Positions 10,001-18,658 of a stretch of 60,193 bases of DNA are shown here, in pieces. The notes beneath the pieces were generated by a model that made no database searches, was not told where the DNA came from, and saw only the letters and a program-made list of their open reading frames with translations. The position numbers and the translations under genes are program-made. How positions within the stretch are numbered: the first letter of the stretch is position 1; each line of letters begins with the position of its first letter. This DNA is from Bugula neritina (Eukaryota; Animalia; Bryozoa), in the NCBI GenBank assembly GCA_964035545.1, contig CAXIUT010000257.1, positions 1 through 60,193 on the forward strand, in the 5' to 3' direction.

Positions 10001-10488
10001 GCCGAGGCGGTCTTGATTGCAAGATGGCTCACTGTTCGAAAGATCATCAACAAAACTGACGACGTCAGCCCAAGAAAGGTTGTGTCGAACGCGGTCGATA
10101 GTCCTCCAATCAAAGCCGCTGGATCACCTTCGCCCATCGCAGTCTCAAGCCCGCCAACAGCCAGCGACACACCAATGATTGTCCCTAGAAAGCCCAAGGA
10201 CGTGAACAGAGTTTGACCCCACAACGTGAACATATCATAGGCTGCGGCACCGGATTGACCCCGACGCATCGCTACAACGGCATGAAGCGGCATCGCCAGC
10301 AAACCACTCAGCAACGCGCCTTGATAAACGCTTTGGAAACTGCGCGACAAAACACCGCCCAGATATCCGCTCTCGGCAAAACGCTGATGATCTAGCCCAT
10401 TGGCAGCAGCGAGCCAAAGAAGACCCGCCACCAGCATGGTCATACCAATCGCATCAAGGAAAACGCGTGCTCGAATTTCCATTTTCAT
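9997..10488 (-). CDS. MotA/TolQ/ExbB proton-channel family protein, minimal (163 aa)
   Basis: Family motifs TSLGFLGTIIGV and GGLSTAFDTTFLGL in the last two TMs. Confidence 0.85.
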   Translation of the reverse strand: MKMEIRARVFLDAIGMTMLVAGLLWLAAANGLDHQRFAESGYLGGVLSRSFQSVYQGALLSGLLAMPLHAVVAMRRGQSGAAAYDMFTLWGQTLFTSLGFLGTIIGVSLAVGGLETAMGEGDPAALIGGLSTAFDTTFLGLTSSVLLMIFRTVSHLAIKTASA

Positions 10489-10505
10489 GCCCCCAGTACA
10501 TTGGT

Positions 10506-11132
10506 TTACTGAGTCACACCATCCAGCAGGCTTTCGGCTAGAACTTTACCGTTTTCGACAATGCTCGAAAATTCATTGACGTTATTGCGGATGGATTGTG
10601 CGGCAAGCTGCACCTGATTTGCCTTGATGAAAAACACGAGCGCGTCATCATTTTCTTCGAGCGTGCGCAGCAAGTTGCGCGCCTCTACCACAGTCGATGA
10701 ACGCTTGCGGTCATCAGACTCCAAGTCATCCAACGTTTTCTCCAACCCCGGAATCGCGGTTTTAATAGCACTGTTGTTAGAGGCTTCTGCTTCGGCAATC
10801 AAGGCAAGCGTTTCCTCCTTATACTTGTCGATCGCCAGATCAAATGTAGATCCATCCTCCATCTGGGTTGTCGCTTCTTTCAGATCAGCAATAAGCCCAG
10901 AAACGCGTTCTTGAGCCTGCTCGATTTCGACCAACCCTTTTTCGAGTTCTTCCAGAAAAGGCGGGAACGCCTCGGTGCGGGATTGCAGTTGTTCCATCAG
11001 TGATTTGATCTGTGCAGCACTGGCCTCAACTTGGTCTTCCGCTGACTGTGCCCATGCACCTTGTGCCGCAAATGGCATGGCCAAAGACGCACAAACGGCA
11101 ACTCGCATGCCAAAATCCAACAGTTTAGTCAT
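10506..11132 (-). CDS. Secreted long coiled-coil protein
   Basis: AAGGAG RBS; signal peptide ending AWA; acidic heptad repeats throughout. Confidence 0.85.
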   Translation of the reverse strand: MTKLLDFGMRVAVCASLAMPFAAQGAWAQSAEDQVEASAAQIKSLMEQLQSRTEAFPPFLEELEKGLVEIEQAQERVSGLIADLKEATTQMEDGSTFDLAIDKYKEETLALIAEAEASNNSAIKTAIPGLEKTLDDLESDDRKRSSTVVEARNLLRTLEENDDALVFFIKANQVQLAAQSIRNNVNEFSSIVENGKVLAESLLDGVTQ

Positions 11133-11208
11133 AGAGAATCTCCTTACAGATTAATAATGTTTATCTAGCCTAAATTGAGACTAAGCTTGACGTTTGGAAA
11201 GCCCAAGC

Positions 11209-12042
11209 TCAGCTTTCGCAGAAGGCAACATAGAGTCGAACAATGCCACGGATCGTTCCAGCCGCGTTTTCCAAGGTCTTTACAGAGGTCGTCAGACTCG
11301 AAATTTCGACTTTCAATCCTTCTAGCTTTTGCTCCGATCCTCGAACCAATTTATCAACCAAATCGTCCGCAGTCCCTTCGGTTTTGTACCCGCGCACGAC
11401 GTTCTCCCAGTCTGTCTGGCATTGCTGCACATCTTGGGCTTGACGCTGAAGAGAGCGCAAGTTTGCCGGATTTTCGGAGGCCAGTTTGAAGCTGGCGCTA
11501 AGATCTTCTCGTGTAAATCCGCACAACGCTTCGCGCTCGCTTACGTCTCCATAATCTCGAGTAAGCAATTCACCATAGGTTGAAAGTTCGGATTTGATGT
11601 CCGTGATAAGCAGTGCGGATCGCCCTTCAAGTTCCACAACCGTGGATGAGCACGCGGGTGCAAGCTTAGCCAACTCACATTCTTCTTGCTCGAAGATATC
11701 ACCAAGCTTGGAACAGTCCACTCCCGACTCCGTTACTGGCTCCGACACGACGACCTCAGCAGGTTGTGTATCGCCTTCGGCTTTTCCACCAAGCAGCGAC
11801 GCACATGTCGCATTGTCTTTCGCATTTGCGCGCCCCTGTTCGTCAAAGAAGTTTGCGACGCAGAATGACACATTGCTCGACAGGAAATCTTCATTTCCGC
11901 AAGAAAATTGGGCGCAAGTTGCAGGACAGGTCGACTGCATCTCCGTGTTAGAGCAAATGTCGATGTTAGCTTGAGCCTGAACCAAAGTTCCAAAAAAAGC
12001 AAAAAAAATAGCGGAAACACTAAATCGCAGCAAAAAATTCAT
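11209..12042 (-). CDS. Secreted protein with Cys-rich N-terminus and coiled coil; first gene of the envelope operon (likely start 12042)
   Basis: GAGGG RBS before MNFLLRFS; signal peptide ending AQA; many Cys; C-terminal heptads. Confidence 0.8.
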   Translation of the reverse strand: MNFLLRFSVSAIFFAFFGTLVQAQANIDICSNTEMQSTCPATCAQFSCGNEDFLSSNVSFCVANFFDEQGRANAKDNATCASLLGGKAEGDTQPAEVVVSEPVTESGVDCSKLGDIFEQEECELAKLAPACSSTVVELEGRSALLITDIKSELSTYGELLTRDYGDVSEREALCGFTREDLSASFKLASENPANLRSLQRQAQDVQQCQTDWENVVRGYKTEGTADDLVDKLVRGSEQKLEGLKVEISSLTTSVKTLENAAGTIRGIVRLYVAFCES

Positions 12043-12240
12043 AATTAGCCCTCTTTTCCTGAACAACAGGTAAGCGTTAATTTTAAAGGAACGCAAGGTG
12101 TTAGTATGACATGAACCGGATCACGAGAGGAATTGCGTACGGTCAAAATTGCCAAATTCATCAAGGGGCGGATTACGCGGTTTCACTTTAACTATTTGAC
12201 TTAACGTTAGTTTATCACCTTTAATGGCATTTTAATTATT

Positions 12241-12717
12241 CTATTCTGCTCTGGTTTTCAAATCCCAGGCTGGCCATTTCTGTATATAAAAAGAAGGCGT
12301 CGGTGCACGAATAAAAGTGGTCCCACTAACTCGGACAGCTTTACGGCCTTTGGTTCGGGTGAACAGATACGCACGGCGCCGCTTGCCAGAGACAGATATC
12401 CAATGCGCCACCGCCTTGCGGCTCACGCCGGTCAGCTCTGGATGCACGGGCTTCGCGGTCTTTCTTTGCTTTGCCGAGATCTTACTGCGCACCTGGCCGT
12501 TTGAGCAGCAAACATCGCGCACCTGAAGGTTTAGCAGATCGACCGAGCGCAACATGCTGTCCAGCGCCAGCGACAGGAGCGCATAGTCGTGCCACTGTTC
12601 TTGCTTGATCAGCCAGATCGAGAGCTGGCGAATTTCCGCTGCGGTGAAGTGGACTTTGACCCCTTGCGATCGGTCCTTGTTCCAGCCCGCGCCGTTCAAG
12701 CGGTGTTTTTTTCTCAT
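12241..12717 (-). pseudogene. Truncated tyrosine recombinase (N-terminal half of the catalytic domain)
   Basis: WNKDRSQGVK...DYALLSLALDSMLRSVDLLNL...QRKT; C-terminal HxxR and Tyr motifs are absent. Confidence 0.75.
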
Positions 12718-12955
12718 GGATGGGAGGGGCTAAAGGTTCGCTTCTTCTAAAAGCGAACGTATTATATCATTTTATCGCGCAATATCAGAGCATTGAACGC
12801 ACGTACACACAGGAGACCTGATCATGGAACATGAAGATTGCATGAAGAAACAGGGGCTTGCGGGGTTCGCTTTTAGAATTAGCAATACTGCGTCAGATCT
12901 GTGTGCTGACAGCGGCGCATAGCGGAAGTCTAATCCATCGCGGCGCATGGGCAAA

Positions 12956-13210
12956 TTAGAGTGCAAACATGGTCAGTTGTTGCGGTTCGACAAAATACCC
13001 GCGCCGCCGTTTTGTGGTTTCCAAAAGCACCAATGCCGCCACGGCGTCTTCCTCCTGGTCGTACCAATCCATACGGATTTGTCCGCCCTGCCCGATGCGC
13101 CCCCACTGGCGCTCAAGGGTCCATTCGCCAAACAAGTTTGGCAGCACAGCCATACGGTAAAACCGCGCCTGCCGCTTCTTTTGATCTCGTTTTTCTAGGT
13201 ACGTGTGCAT
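12956..13210 (-). CDS. WGR-domain protein
   Basis: ARFYRMAVLPNLFGEWTLERQWGRIG...KRRRGY. Confidence 0.9.
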   Translation of the reverse strand: MHTYLEKRDQKKRQARFYRMAVLPNLFGEWTLERQWGRIGQGGQIRMDWYDQEEDAVAALVLLETTKRRRGYFVEPQQLTMFAL

Positions 13211-13233
13211 GATATCGAGGTTTTCTTGTTCGC

Positions 13234-14496
13234 TCAGCGCCCTTGTTTCTGCTTCATGAAAGCTTCCAACGATAAGCGGTTTTCGGGCCGATGGCGGCAG
13301 CTCTTGTCGCATTCCTTGATCCAATCCCTACCTCGTTTGTGAGCTTCGACATGGACAAGGTACATGTAAGCCCTAATTGGGCTTTTATTTATCAAGCCGC
13401 GATAGTCCCCCTTAAGCAGAGACAGTACGTCAAAGAGCATTTGCCGAGGATACCACCGCACCAGCACGCCAATTATTTTGGTGCTGCTGGTATGGATTGT
13501 TCCTAGTTGACTGAGCCCATCTACAATACCCTCGATGATGTAGGGGATATCCTCACTGGGGTTTGCTTGTTTAGGCGGTATTCGCCCTTTTGGGGCGGTT
13601 CGAGGAATTTTTGTTGCTACAAATTTCCAGTCGGTTTTATCTTTGGTTTCCTCAATCCACACCTGTAATTTACCGCTAGAAAGCTCTTTACCGTCCAGTT
13701 CTAGCACAAAACGCTTAAGCAACTCGTGACGAGCAAACCGCTGGTCGTATCGCGTGCCTCCCAAAAAAAGCTCTTCACGTATGAGCCCTAGCGACCGCCG
13801 TTCCCACTTTCGCTTTTGGCTTAAATAGCTATCAAGCAAAGTGTAGAGGTTGGCGCAGCTTTCGTTTTTGATCGACAGAAAAGCGTCATAATTCACTGGC
13901 TTAGTATTCCCTGCCAACATGTTTTCAACAATCCGTGGATTGAGCATGACGGTTTGTTGAGACGTGAAAAGCTCACTTCGCAGAGAGTCCTCTCTCTCGA
14001 TGTATGAGCGATCAGAAATGATGTTCATTTCTTGAACTCGAGTCTCTACCTTGGAGTCCCGTGTATATGAACGTAGCCAATCAATTTGAGTGCCTTTAAG
14101 GATGGTCAAATGATCCTGTATTCGGCGGGCAACGTTCTTTCCTGACCAACGCCAGTGGAGTATATGTGCCATCTGGCGTGCCGAGAATACGACCTCCCCA
14201 TTCTCTGGTTTACCTGCCAGCTCCCATAGTTGCGTCAACCCTAAGTAAACCTTGAGAGTCGTGGTTGTAGGGCGCTTTTTTCCCATCAACGGCGTGATTG
14301 TCAGCGAAGCTTTGGCTTTCTCTCCCCCTCGATCAACTTCCCACGTAAATACTTTGGGTTGATCTAGGTCGCGAGCGTATGGAGATGCAAAAATTCGACC
14401 CGCAGACCGACCGATGTTTACGTCCGGTCGTGTGATTTCGACCGGATCGAACATTTCTAACTGGATAGCCGATTCAGCCTTAATGATGTTGTTCAT
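13234..14496 (-). CDS. Plasmid replication initiator (divergent, RepA/RPA-like)
   Basis: Directly adjacent to iterons, a DnaA box and the par genes; winged-helix-like segment VVFSARQMAHILHW...ARRIQDHLTIL. Confidence 0.75.
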   Translation of the reverse strand: MNNIIKAESAIQLEMFDPVEITRPDVNIGRSAGRIFASPYARDLDQPKVFTWEVDRGGEKAKASLTITPLMGKKRPTTTTLKVYLGLTQLWELAGKPENGEVVFSARQMAHILHWRWSGKNVARRIQDHLTILKGTQIDWLRSYTRDSKVETRVQEMNIISDRSYIEREDSLRSELFTSQQTVMLNPRIVENMLAGNTKPVNYDAFLSIKNESCANLYTLLDSYLSQKRKWERRSLGLIREELFLGGTRYDQRFARHELLKRFVLELDGKELSSGKLQVWIEETKDKTDWKFVATKIPRTAPKGRIPPKQANPSEDIPYIIEGIVDGLSQLGTIHTSSTKIIGVLVRWYPRQMLFDVLSLLKGDYRGLINKSPIRAYMYLVHVEAHKRGRDWIKECDKSCRHRPENRLSLEAFMKQKQGR

Positions 14497-14501
14497 GATC
14501 C

Positions 14502-14664
14502 CTGGGACTTAGCCTGTATATATTGATCATACACACTGGGACCTTTTCTGTATAGTCTGGGACTTAGCCTGTATAAGACCTGTGGATAACTTTTTCACCC
14601 CTGGGACCTAGCCCGTATGCGCATTGGGACCTAGCCTGTATGCCTCTGGGACCTAGCCTGTATG
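14502..14664. repeat. Six 19-bp iterons (consensus CTGGGACYTAGCCTGTATR); replication origin
   Basis: Copies start at 14502, 14536, 14557, 14601, 14624 and 14646; spacings 34/21/44/23/22 are near multiples of a helical turn. Confidence 0.9.
14581..14589 (-). promoter_or_regulatory. DnaA box
   Basis: TGTGGATAA = perfect TTATCCACA on the minus strand, between iterons 3 and 4. Confidence 0.85.
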
Positions 14665-14699
14665 GCGACGTCGTGAAAAACTCTTTAGCTGAAAGGGTT

Positions 14700-14972
14700 T
14701 AATGCCATTCAGGAGTATCTGAACACTATATACTAAACACTAATAAATTAAACACATTGCCAAAGGCATGAGATTTTTAGAATTTTCATTAAGAATACAG
14801 CCTGAATAATAGGTCGTACAAAATGGCAAAGACAGTGAAAAAAGAAAGACACTTAGAAGAATCAGGAGCAATGTGTGAGACTTCAAAAAAGTTGCTTCAC
14901 AAGCCACCAAGAATTAAATTGCTCAAAAAATATTACTATCTTTAGTATAGTTAGTAACAATAGTAATTATAC
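14700..14972. promoter_or_regulatory. AT-rich unwinding region, with TTACTA/TTAGTA repeats (candidate centromere)
   Basis: AACAC-type repeats near 14722-14757; TTACTA/TTAGTA at 14933, 14942 and 14951. Confidence 0.55.
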
Positions 14973-15212
14973 TCAGATAACTCCAAGATCTTTTAGCTTT
15001 AAACGAAGGTAAGCTGACATAGGAACGGCTCCTCTATCAGCTTCCAACTTTTCAAACTCAACTTCGGTGAGCATTGTTTGTATACGTTGGGACAATTTTT
15101 CCTTTTTTGGCTTTTTTGGCGCGCCCACTTTTTGAGATGGCTTTGGTGCCACTGTCAAAACCGGCGCAGAAAGCGATTTTCTCTGAAATGCGGAAAGATC
15201 ATTTTTGCTCAT
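14973..15212 (-). CDS. Small type Ib partition adaptor (ribbon-helix-helix-like)
   Basis: 79 aa, ATGA-coupled to parA; flexible N-terminus plus RIQTMLTEVEFEKL...MSAYLR. Confidence 0.7.
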   Translation of the reverse strand: MSKNDLSAFQRKSLSAPVLTVAPKPSQKVGAPKKPKKEKLSQRIQTMLTEVEFEKLEADRGAVPMSAYLRLKLKDLGVI

Positions 15213-15877
15213 GATATCAGTTGCTTGTTAATTTGAGTAAGTTGGTCGCATACGGTCTTGAAGCGGTTTGCAATGAAGGCGGCTACAAATGGAGTGCCAT
15301 CAATCTTAGTCCCTTCTATGAGTTCTTGAACACTAACGCCGTCATTTTGTGCCCACTCAAAAGCCGTGGTCTCCATGATTGGTAGCATTGGAAGTTCTAA
15401 TCCTGTCCCCTGCTTAATGGCTTGCCGGATCATGACGCATTGCTCACCATCCAGCGGCTCGCGGTTAAATTTACCTCTGGTCTTAACGTGTGTGGCCACC
15501 ACGATAGTTTTGGCGATCAGCTCAGGCTTGAAATCTCTAATTTCCTCAAGTGTCCGGTTGGTCTTAATCAGGGTGTCACGCAAAGCCACCGTTGGTACAA
15601 TTACCCAGTCCGACTGACTGAGAGCCGATTTGATACTTGGGGCTGAGGCTTTGGTCAGGCTCCCCTTAAGATCAAACACTATGTCGTAGCCGTCCAAATC
15701 GGGGAAAGCTTCGTCTTCTGGCACAATCAATAGTCGGTCTTCTGGTAGAACGTCATCGATAGTAACATCATCTAAAGCTTCATTTGTGGCGACCGCCCAA
15801 TCGTTGCGGAGCGCCAGCTCAGAGGCGATTGGACTTTTGCCAACACGCCCCTTTATGTTCCAAACAGTAATTTTCAT
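15209..15877 (-). CDS. parA: ParA family ATPase (short, type Ib)
   Basis: Deviant Walker A KGRVGKS; DIVFDLKG; SDWVIVP. Confidence 0.9.
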   Translation of the reverse strand: MKITVWNIKGRVGKSPIASELALRNDWAVATNEALDDVTIDDVLPEDRLLIVPEDEAFPDLDGYDIVFDLKGSLTKASAPSIKSALSQSDWVIVPTVALRDTLIKTNRTLEEIRDFKPELIAKTIVVATHVKTRGKFNREPLDGEQCVMIRQAIKQGTGLELPMLPIMETTAFEWAQNDGVSVQELIEGTKIDGTPFVAAFIANRFKTVCDQLTQINKQLIS

Positions 15878-15879
15878 GT

Positions 15880-15998
15880 TTTCATAGTATATTTAGTAGG
15901 CTTACTAGGTCAAGTAATGTTACTAAATTTGATAATTATGGTATTTTTAGTAGAAATAATAAAGTTACTAAATTGAGTATATTTATCCAAATAAGTAC
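15880..15998. promoter_or_regulatory. AT-rich par promoter/operator with TTAGTA/TTACTA repeats
   Basis: Motifs at 15893, 15902, 15920, 15947 and 15965; the same hexamer occurs downstream of the par operon. Confidence 0.55.
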
Positions 15999-17186
15999 CT
16001 ATCCACCCATTTCCCTTATAAGCCACTGTATTTGAGCTGCTGTAAGATCCCCAGGATCCTGCACAGTGTCAGGAATGCCAACATCTACCCGCACATCAGA
16101 CTGAAATCTCTGATCCCAATCAAACCCCTTAGCAGTGAGCCCATCGGCTTTCAGCGCGGCTATTGCGTGGGTCTGAGCGGTGGTTCCAGGCTTGTCGCGA
16201 TCAAACCACACTAGGATCTCATTTGCCCCCAGGATCTCTTTCAGCAGATGCAGCTTGGCGATCTGTGCGGCATTGAGCGTTGTACCAAAACTTGCCAGCA
16301 CGTTCTTGACTCCTGCCTCGACGCATTTGGCGACATCAAAGCAGCCTTCGACTAGGATCAATCGTCCGGTCTCTTTGATTTGCGCCTGTGCTTCGGGATC
16401 AAGCCGCACCTGATCGATGTTGTAGAGCTCCAACGATTTGCGAAACCCTTTGTAGTAGGTCCATTTGCCGACCTCTTCGATCTGCTCAGGCGTTGTGGCG
16501 CGCCCCATATGGGTGAGGATCGCTGGTTTTGGTTTCACGGCTTCCAGATCATCGACGGATCGCACTTGGAATACCAAGCGTTCGCGCAGGCTGCTTTTGT
16601 TGTTTGCTGGTAGAAACCCGCAGCCAAGGTAGCGGCAGGTCGCTTCAGAGATTCCACGGGTGGCAAAGCCGGAATGTGTGCCGAGCTCTGTGAGCAGTGG
16701 CAGCAAAGACTGCCGTATTGGCGCGTTCTTAGCCTTGATGCGCGTCTCTGGGGCCTCTTTCCTTTTTTCACCGCTCGGATTTTCAGCCTTAGGCTTCTGC
16801 TTTGTCCGTTGCTGCGGCTCAGCGCCTTGGTCCAGATAGGCGCGGGGCTGGGGACAGCAGCCTTCATCTACAAGCCAGCGTCCCGCCTCAAAGATGTTGC
16901 CGCCTTGAAGCGCTTGCACCAGATCCAGCAGCCCACCACCTTTTCCGGAAGAATGGCAGTACCAGCGGCCTCCGCCGTTTGGATCCCCGTTCATATGGAA
17001 CGAGGCGGTCTTTTCTTCTGGATTGAACGGTGACTTCGCCCACCAGTCATCTGGCCTGCTGTGCTTTTCATCGCGTGTCAGGCCGAGCGTTAGGAAAGCC
17101 CTTTGCCAATCGGCAGTTTGGCGGATTTCATTGAGAGTGTCGCGGTTGATGAAAGGCCGCTCTGGTGATGTGCTGGGTTTGCGCAT
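15999..17186 (-). CDS. DnaG-like primase (degenerate CHC2 zinc-binding domain + TOPRIM); likely start 17186
   Basis: SPFNPEEKTASF...WYCHSSGKGG; TOPRIM motifs LILVEGCFDV and WFDRDKPG; QDPGDL. Confidence 0.85.
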   Translation of the reverse strand: MRKPSTSPERPFINRDTLNEIRQTADWQRAFLTLGLTRDEKHSRPDDWWAKSPFNPEEKTASFHMNGDPNGGGRWYCHSSGKGGGLLDLVQALQGGNIFEAGRWLVDEGCCPQPRAYLDQGAEPQQRTKQKPKAENPSGEKRKEAPETRIKAKNAPIRQSLLPLLTELGTHSGFATRGISEATCRYLGCGFLPANNKSSLRERLVFQVRSVDDLEAVKPKPAILTHMGRATTPEQIEEVGKWTYYKGFRKSLELYNIDQVRLDPEAQAQIKETGRLILVEGCFDVAKCVEAGVKNVLASFGTTLNAAQIAKLHLLKEILGANEILVWFDRDKPGTTAQTHAIAALKADGLTAKGFDWDQRFQSDVRVDVGIPDTVQDPGDLTAAQIQWLIREMGG

Positions 17187-17389
17187 GGGGCAGGGGATTA
17201 CAGGGTGCAGCATACCCACGCGGCGACATCGCGCAAATCTTGCAAGCCGGAATTTGAACGCCGGTTTCTTTGACAAATTTCCAAAACTTGGAACACTCAT
17301 CTCCAGAAGCCCAAAAGGGCTTTCTCTCAACCGGCATTGTCGGTTGGGGGTGTCCCTGACCGATTGCCCTGAACCCCAGGAGATCTGTC

Positions 17390-18190
17390 ATGGACCCATC
17401 CGCTTTGGCGGCTAAGACCGCCTTTGAGAAACTGTTCCGCCACATGGCCCCGGAACGCCACCGCTACGAGGTGTTTCGCGACTTCGTCACACTGTCTGCC
17501 TGCGCGTTGCACAACGGTTTCTGGAAAGAGCCCAAGCGCGAGGCTGAGTACATGGCGATCATTGCACTGTACAAGCCAGCCGATCAAAAGGCTTTCCCGG
17601 AGCTGTTTGCGCATCTTGTGGCCATGCTAGAGCCGGAGCCCCGCGATATGCTGGGACCGCTCTACATGGAGATGGAAGTGGCCAATCGCGATCAAGGCCA
17701 ATTCTTCACGCCTCCAGAAGTCTCAGAGATGATGGCGCAGATACAAGGGGTAGATCGGCTACTGGCTGATGGACGTCCCTTCATCACGCTCTCTGAGCCT
17801 GCATGCGGGGCAGGGGGCATGGTCCTGGCTGTGGTTAAGACCCTCATAGGCGCTGGGTATGATCCGGCTCGTGCCCTCTGGGTGCAAGGCTGGGATATCG
17901 ACCGTCTGGCGGCTCTCATGGCCTATGTGCAGCTCAGCTTATGGAACGTGCCCGCCGAGATCGTGGTGGGCAACACGCTCAGTCTGGAGGTGCGCGAGAT
18001 CTGGCATACCCCAGCGCATCACTTGGGCTTCTGGTCAGCAAAGCTCGCGGCAGAGCCGCGATTGACGCCGAAAACGAGCGCAGTGCCCGCTGAACCAAAG
18101 GGGACTGATGCGCAAAGCGCACCAGCCCCAAAAGCAGAAGAGGCGGCAACGCCGCCCTCCGACCTGACGCAGCTCAGTTTTGATCTCTGA
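17390..18190 (+). CDS. N6-adenine DNA methylase-like protein (HsdM-like, lacks motif IV)
   Basis: GQFFTP and EPACGAGGM present; no NPPY/DPPY; AGGAG RBS. Confidence 0.8.
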   Translation: MDPSALAAKTAFEKLFRHMAPERHRYEVFRDFVTLSACALHNGFWKEPKREAEYMAIIALYKPADQKAFPELFAHLVAMLEPEPRDMLGPLYMEMEVANRDQGQFFTPPEVSEMMAQIQGVDRLLADGRPFITLSEPACGAGGMVLAVVKTLIGAGYDPARALWVQGWDIDRLAALMAYVQLSLWNVPAEIVVGNTLSLEVREIWHTPAHHLGFWSAKLAAEPRLTPKTSAVPAEPKGTDAQSAPAPKAEEAATPPSDLTQLSFDL

Positions 18191-18267
18191 GCCGCATCCC
18201 ATGTCATCCAAACGGTTGTCACGCGGCGGATCATAGATCCCGCCCTGTGCGCCCCAGGATAGCTCTC

Positions 18268-18305
18268 ACGCCCCGCCATTGAAGGCGGGGCGTTTTTCTT
18301 TTTTC
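18268..18305 (+). terminator. Rho-independent terminator
   Basis: ACGCCCCGCC-attgaa-GGCGGGGCGT followed by a T-run. Confidence 0.8.
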
Positions 18306-18317
18306 ACCGCTTCAGAT

Positions 18318-18345
18318 TTGACATTAGCCCTATCGTAATTACACT
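18318..18345 (+). promoter_or_regulatory. Sigma70-type promoter of the TA operon
   Basis: TTGACA-16 nt-TACACT, overlapping a GTAATTAC palindrome (candidate operator). Confidence 0.6.
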
Positions 18346-18371
18346 GTAAGACAATGTCCTAACCCGAGCAA

Positions 18372-18650
18372 ATGAAAACCATGCCAACCGCATCCTTTAC
18401 CACTCGTATCGATTCCGAGCTAAAATCAGAGCTGGAGCAAATTGCCCGCTATGAGGATCGCAGCGCGTCCTACATTGCTAATCAGGCAATTCGAAACTTC
18501 GTAGAAGAGCGTAAAGCGACCCGTGAACTGGTGGACCTGGGGCTGGAGCTGGTTGAGCGCGGCGCGCCTGGCATCCCAGAAGAGGATATAGATGCTTGGC
18601 TTGCGGCAGATGAAGAGCAATCGTTCCCAAAACCTCGATCCACTAACTGA
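18372..18650 (+). CDS. CopG/RHH antitoxin
   Basis: FTTRIDSELKSELEQIARYEDRSASYIANQAI; acidic C-terminus; upstream of the toxin. Confidence 0.85.
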   Translation: MKTMPTASFTTRIDSELKSELEQIARYEDRSASYIANQAIRNFVEERKATRELVDLGLELVERGAPGIPEEDIDAWLAADEEQSFPKPRSTN

Positions 18651-18658
18651 GCCTTCCC

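Noticed and set aside
8917-10488. Zorya (ZorA/ZorB) defence system
   Set aside because: The A subunit has no long cytoplasmic tail, the B-like proteins show no OmpA domain, and no ZorC/D/E-like gene is adjacent
8917-10488. Ordinary TonB-ExbBD or Tol-Pal locus
   Set aside because: No TonB-dependent receptor, TolB or Pal gene is recognisable on the circle
12300-12345. Possible IS3-like end at the recombinase truncation point
   Set aside because: Short, lacks the terminal CA, and has no partner end or transposase
14502-14664. CRISPR array
   Set aside because: 19-bp repeats with 2-25 bp gaps next to rep and a DnaA box, and no cas genes; these are iterons
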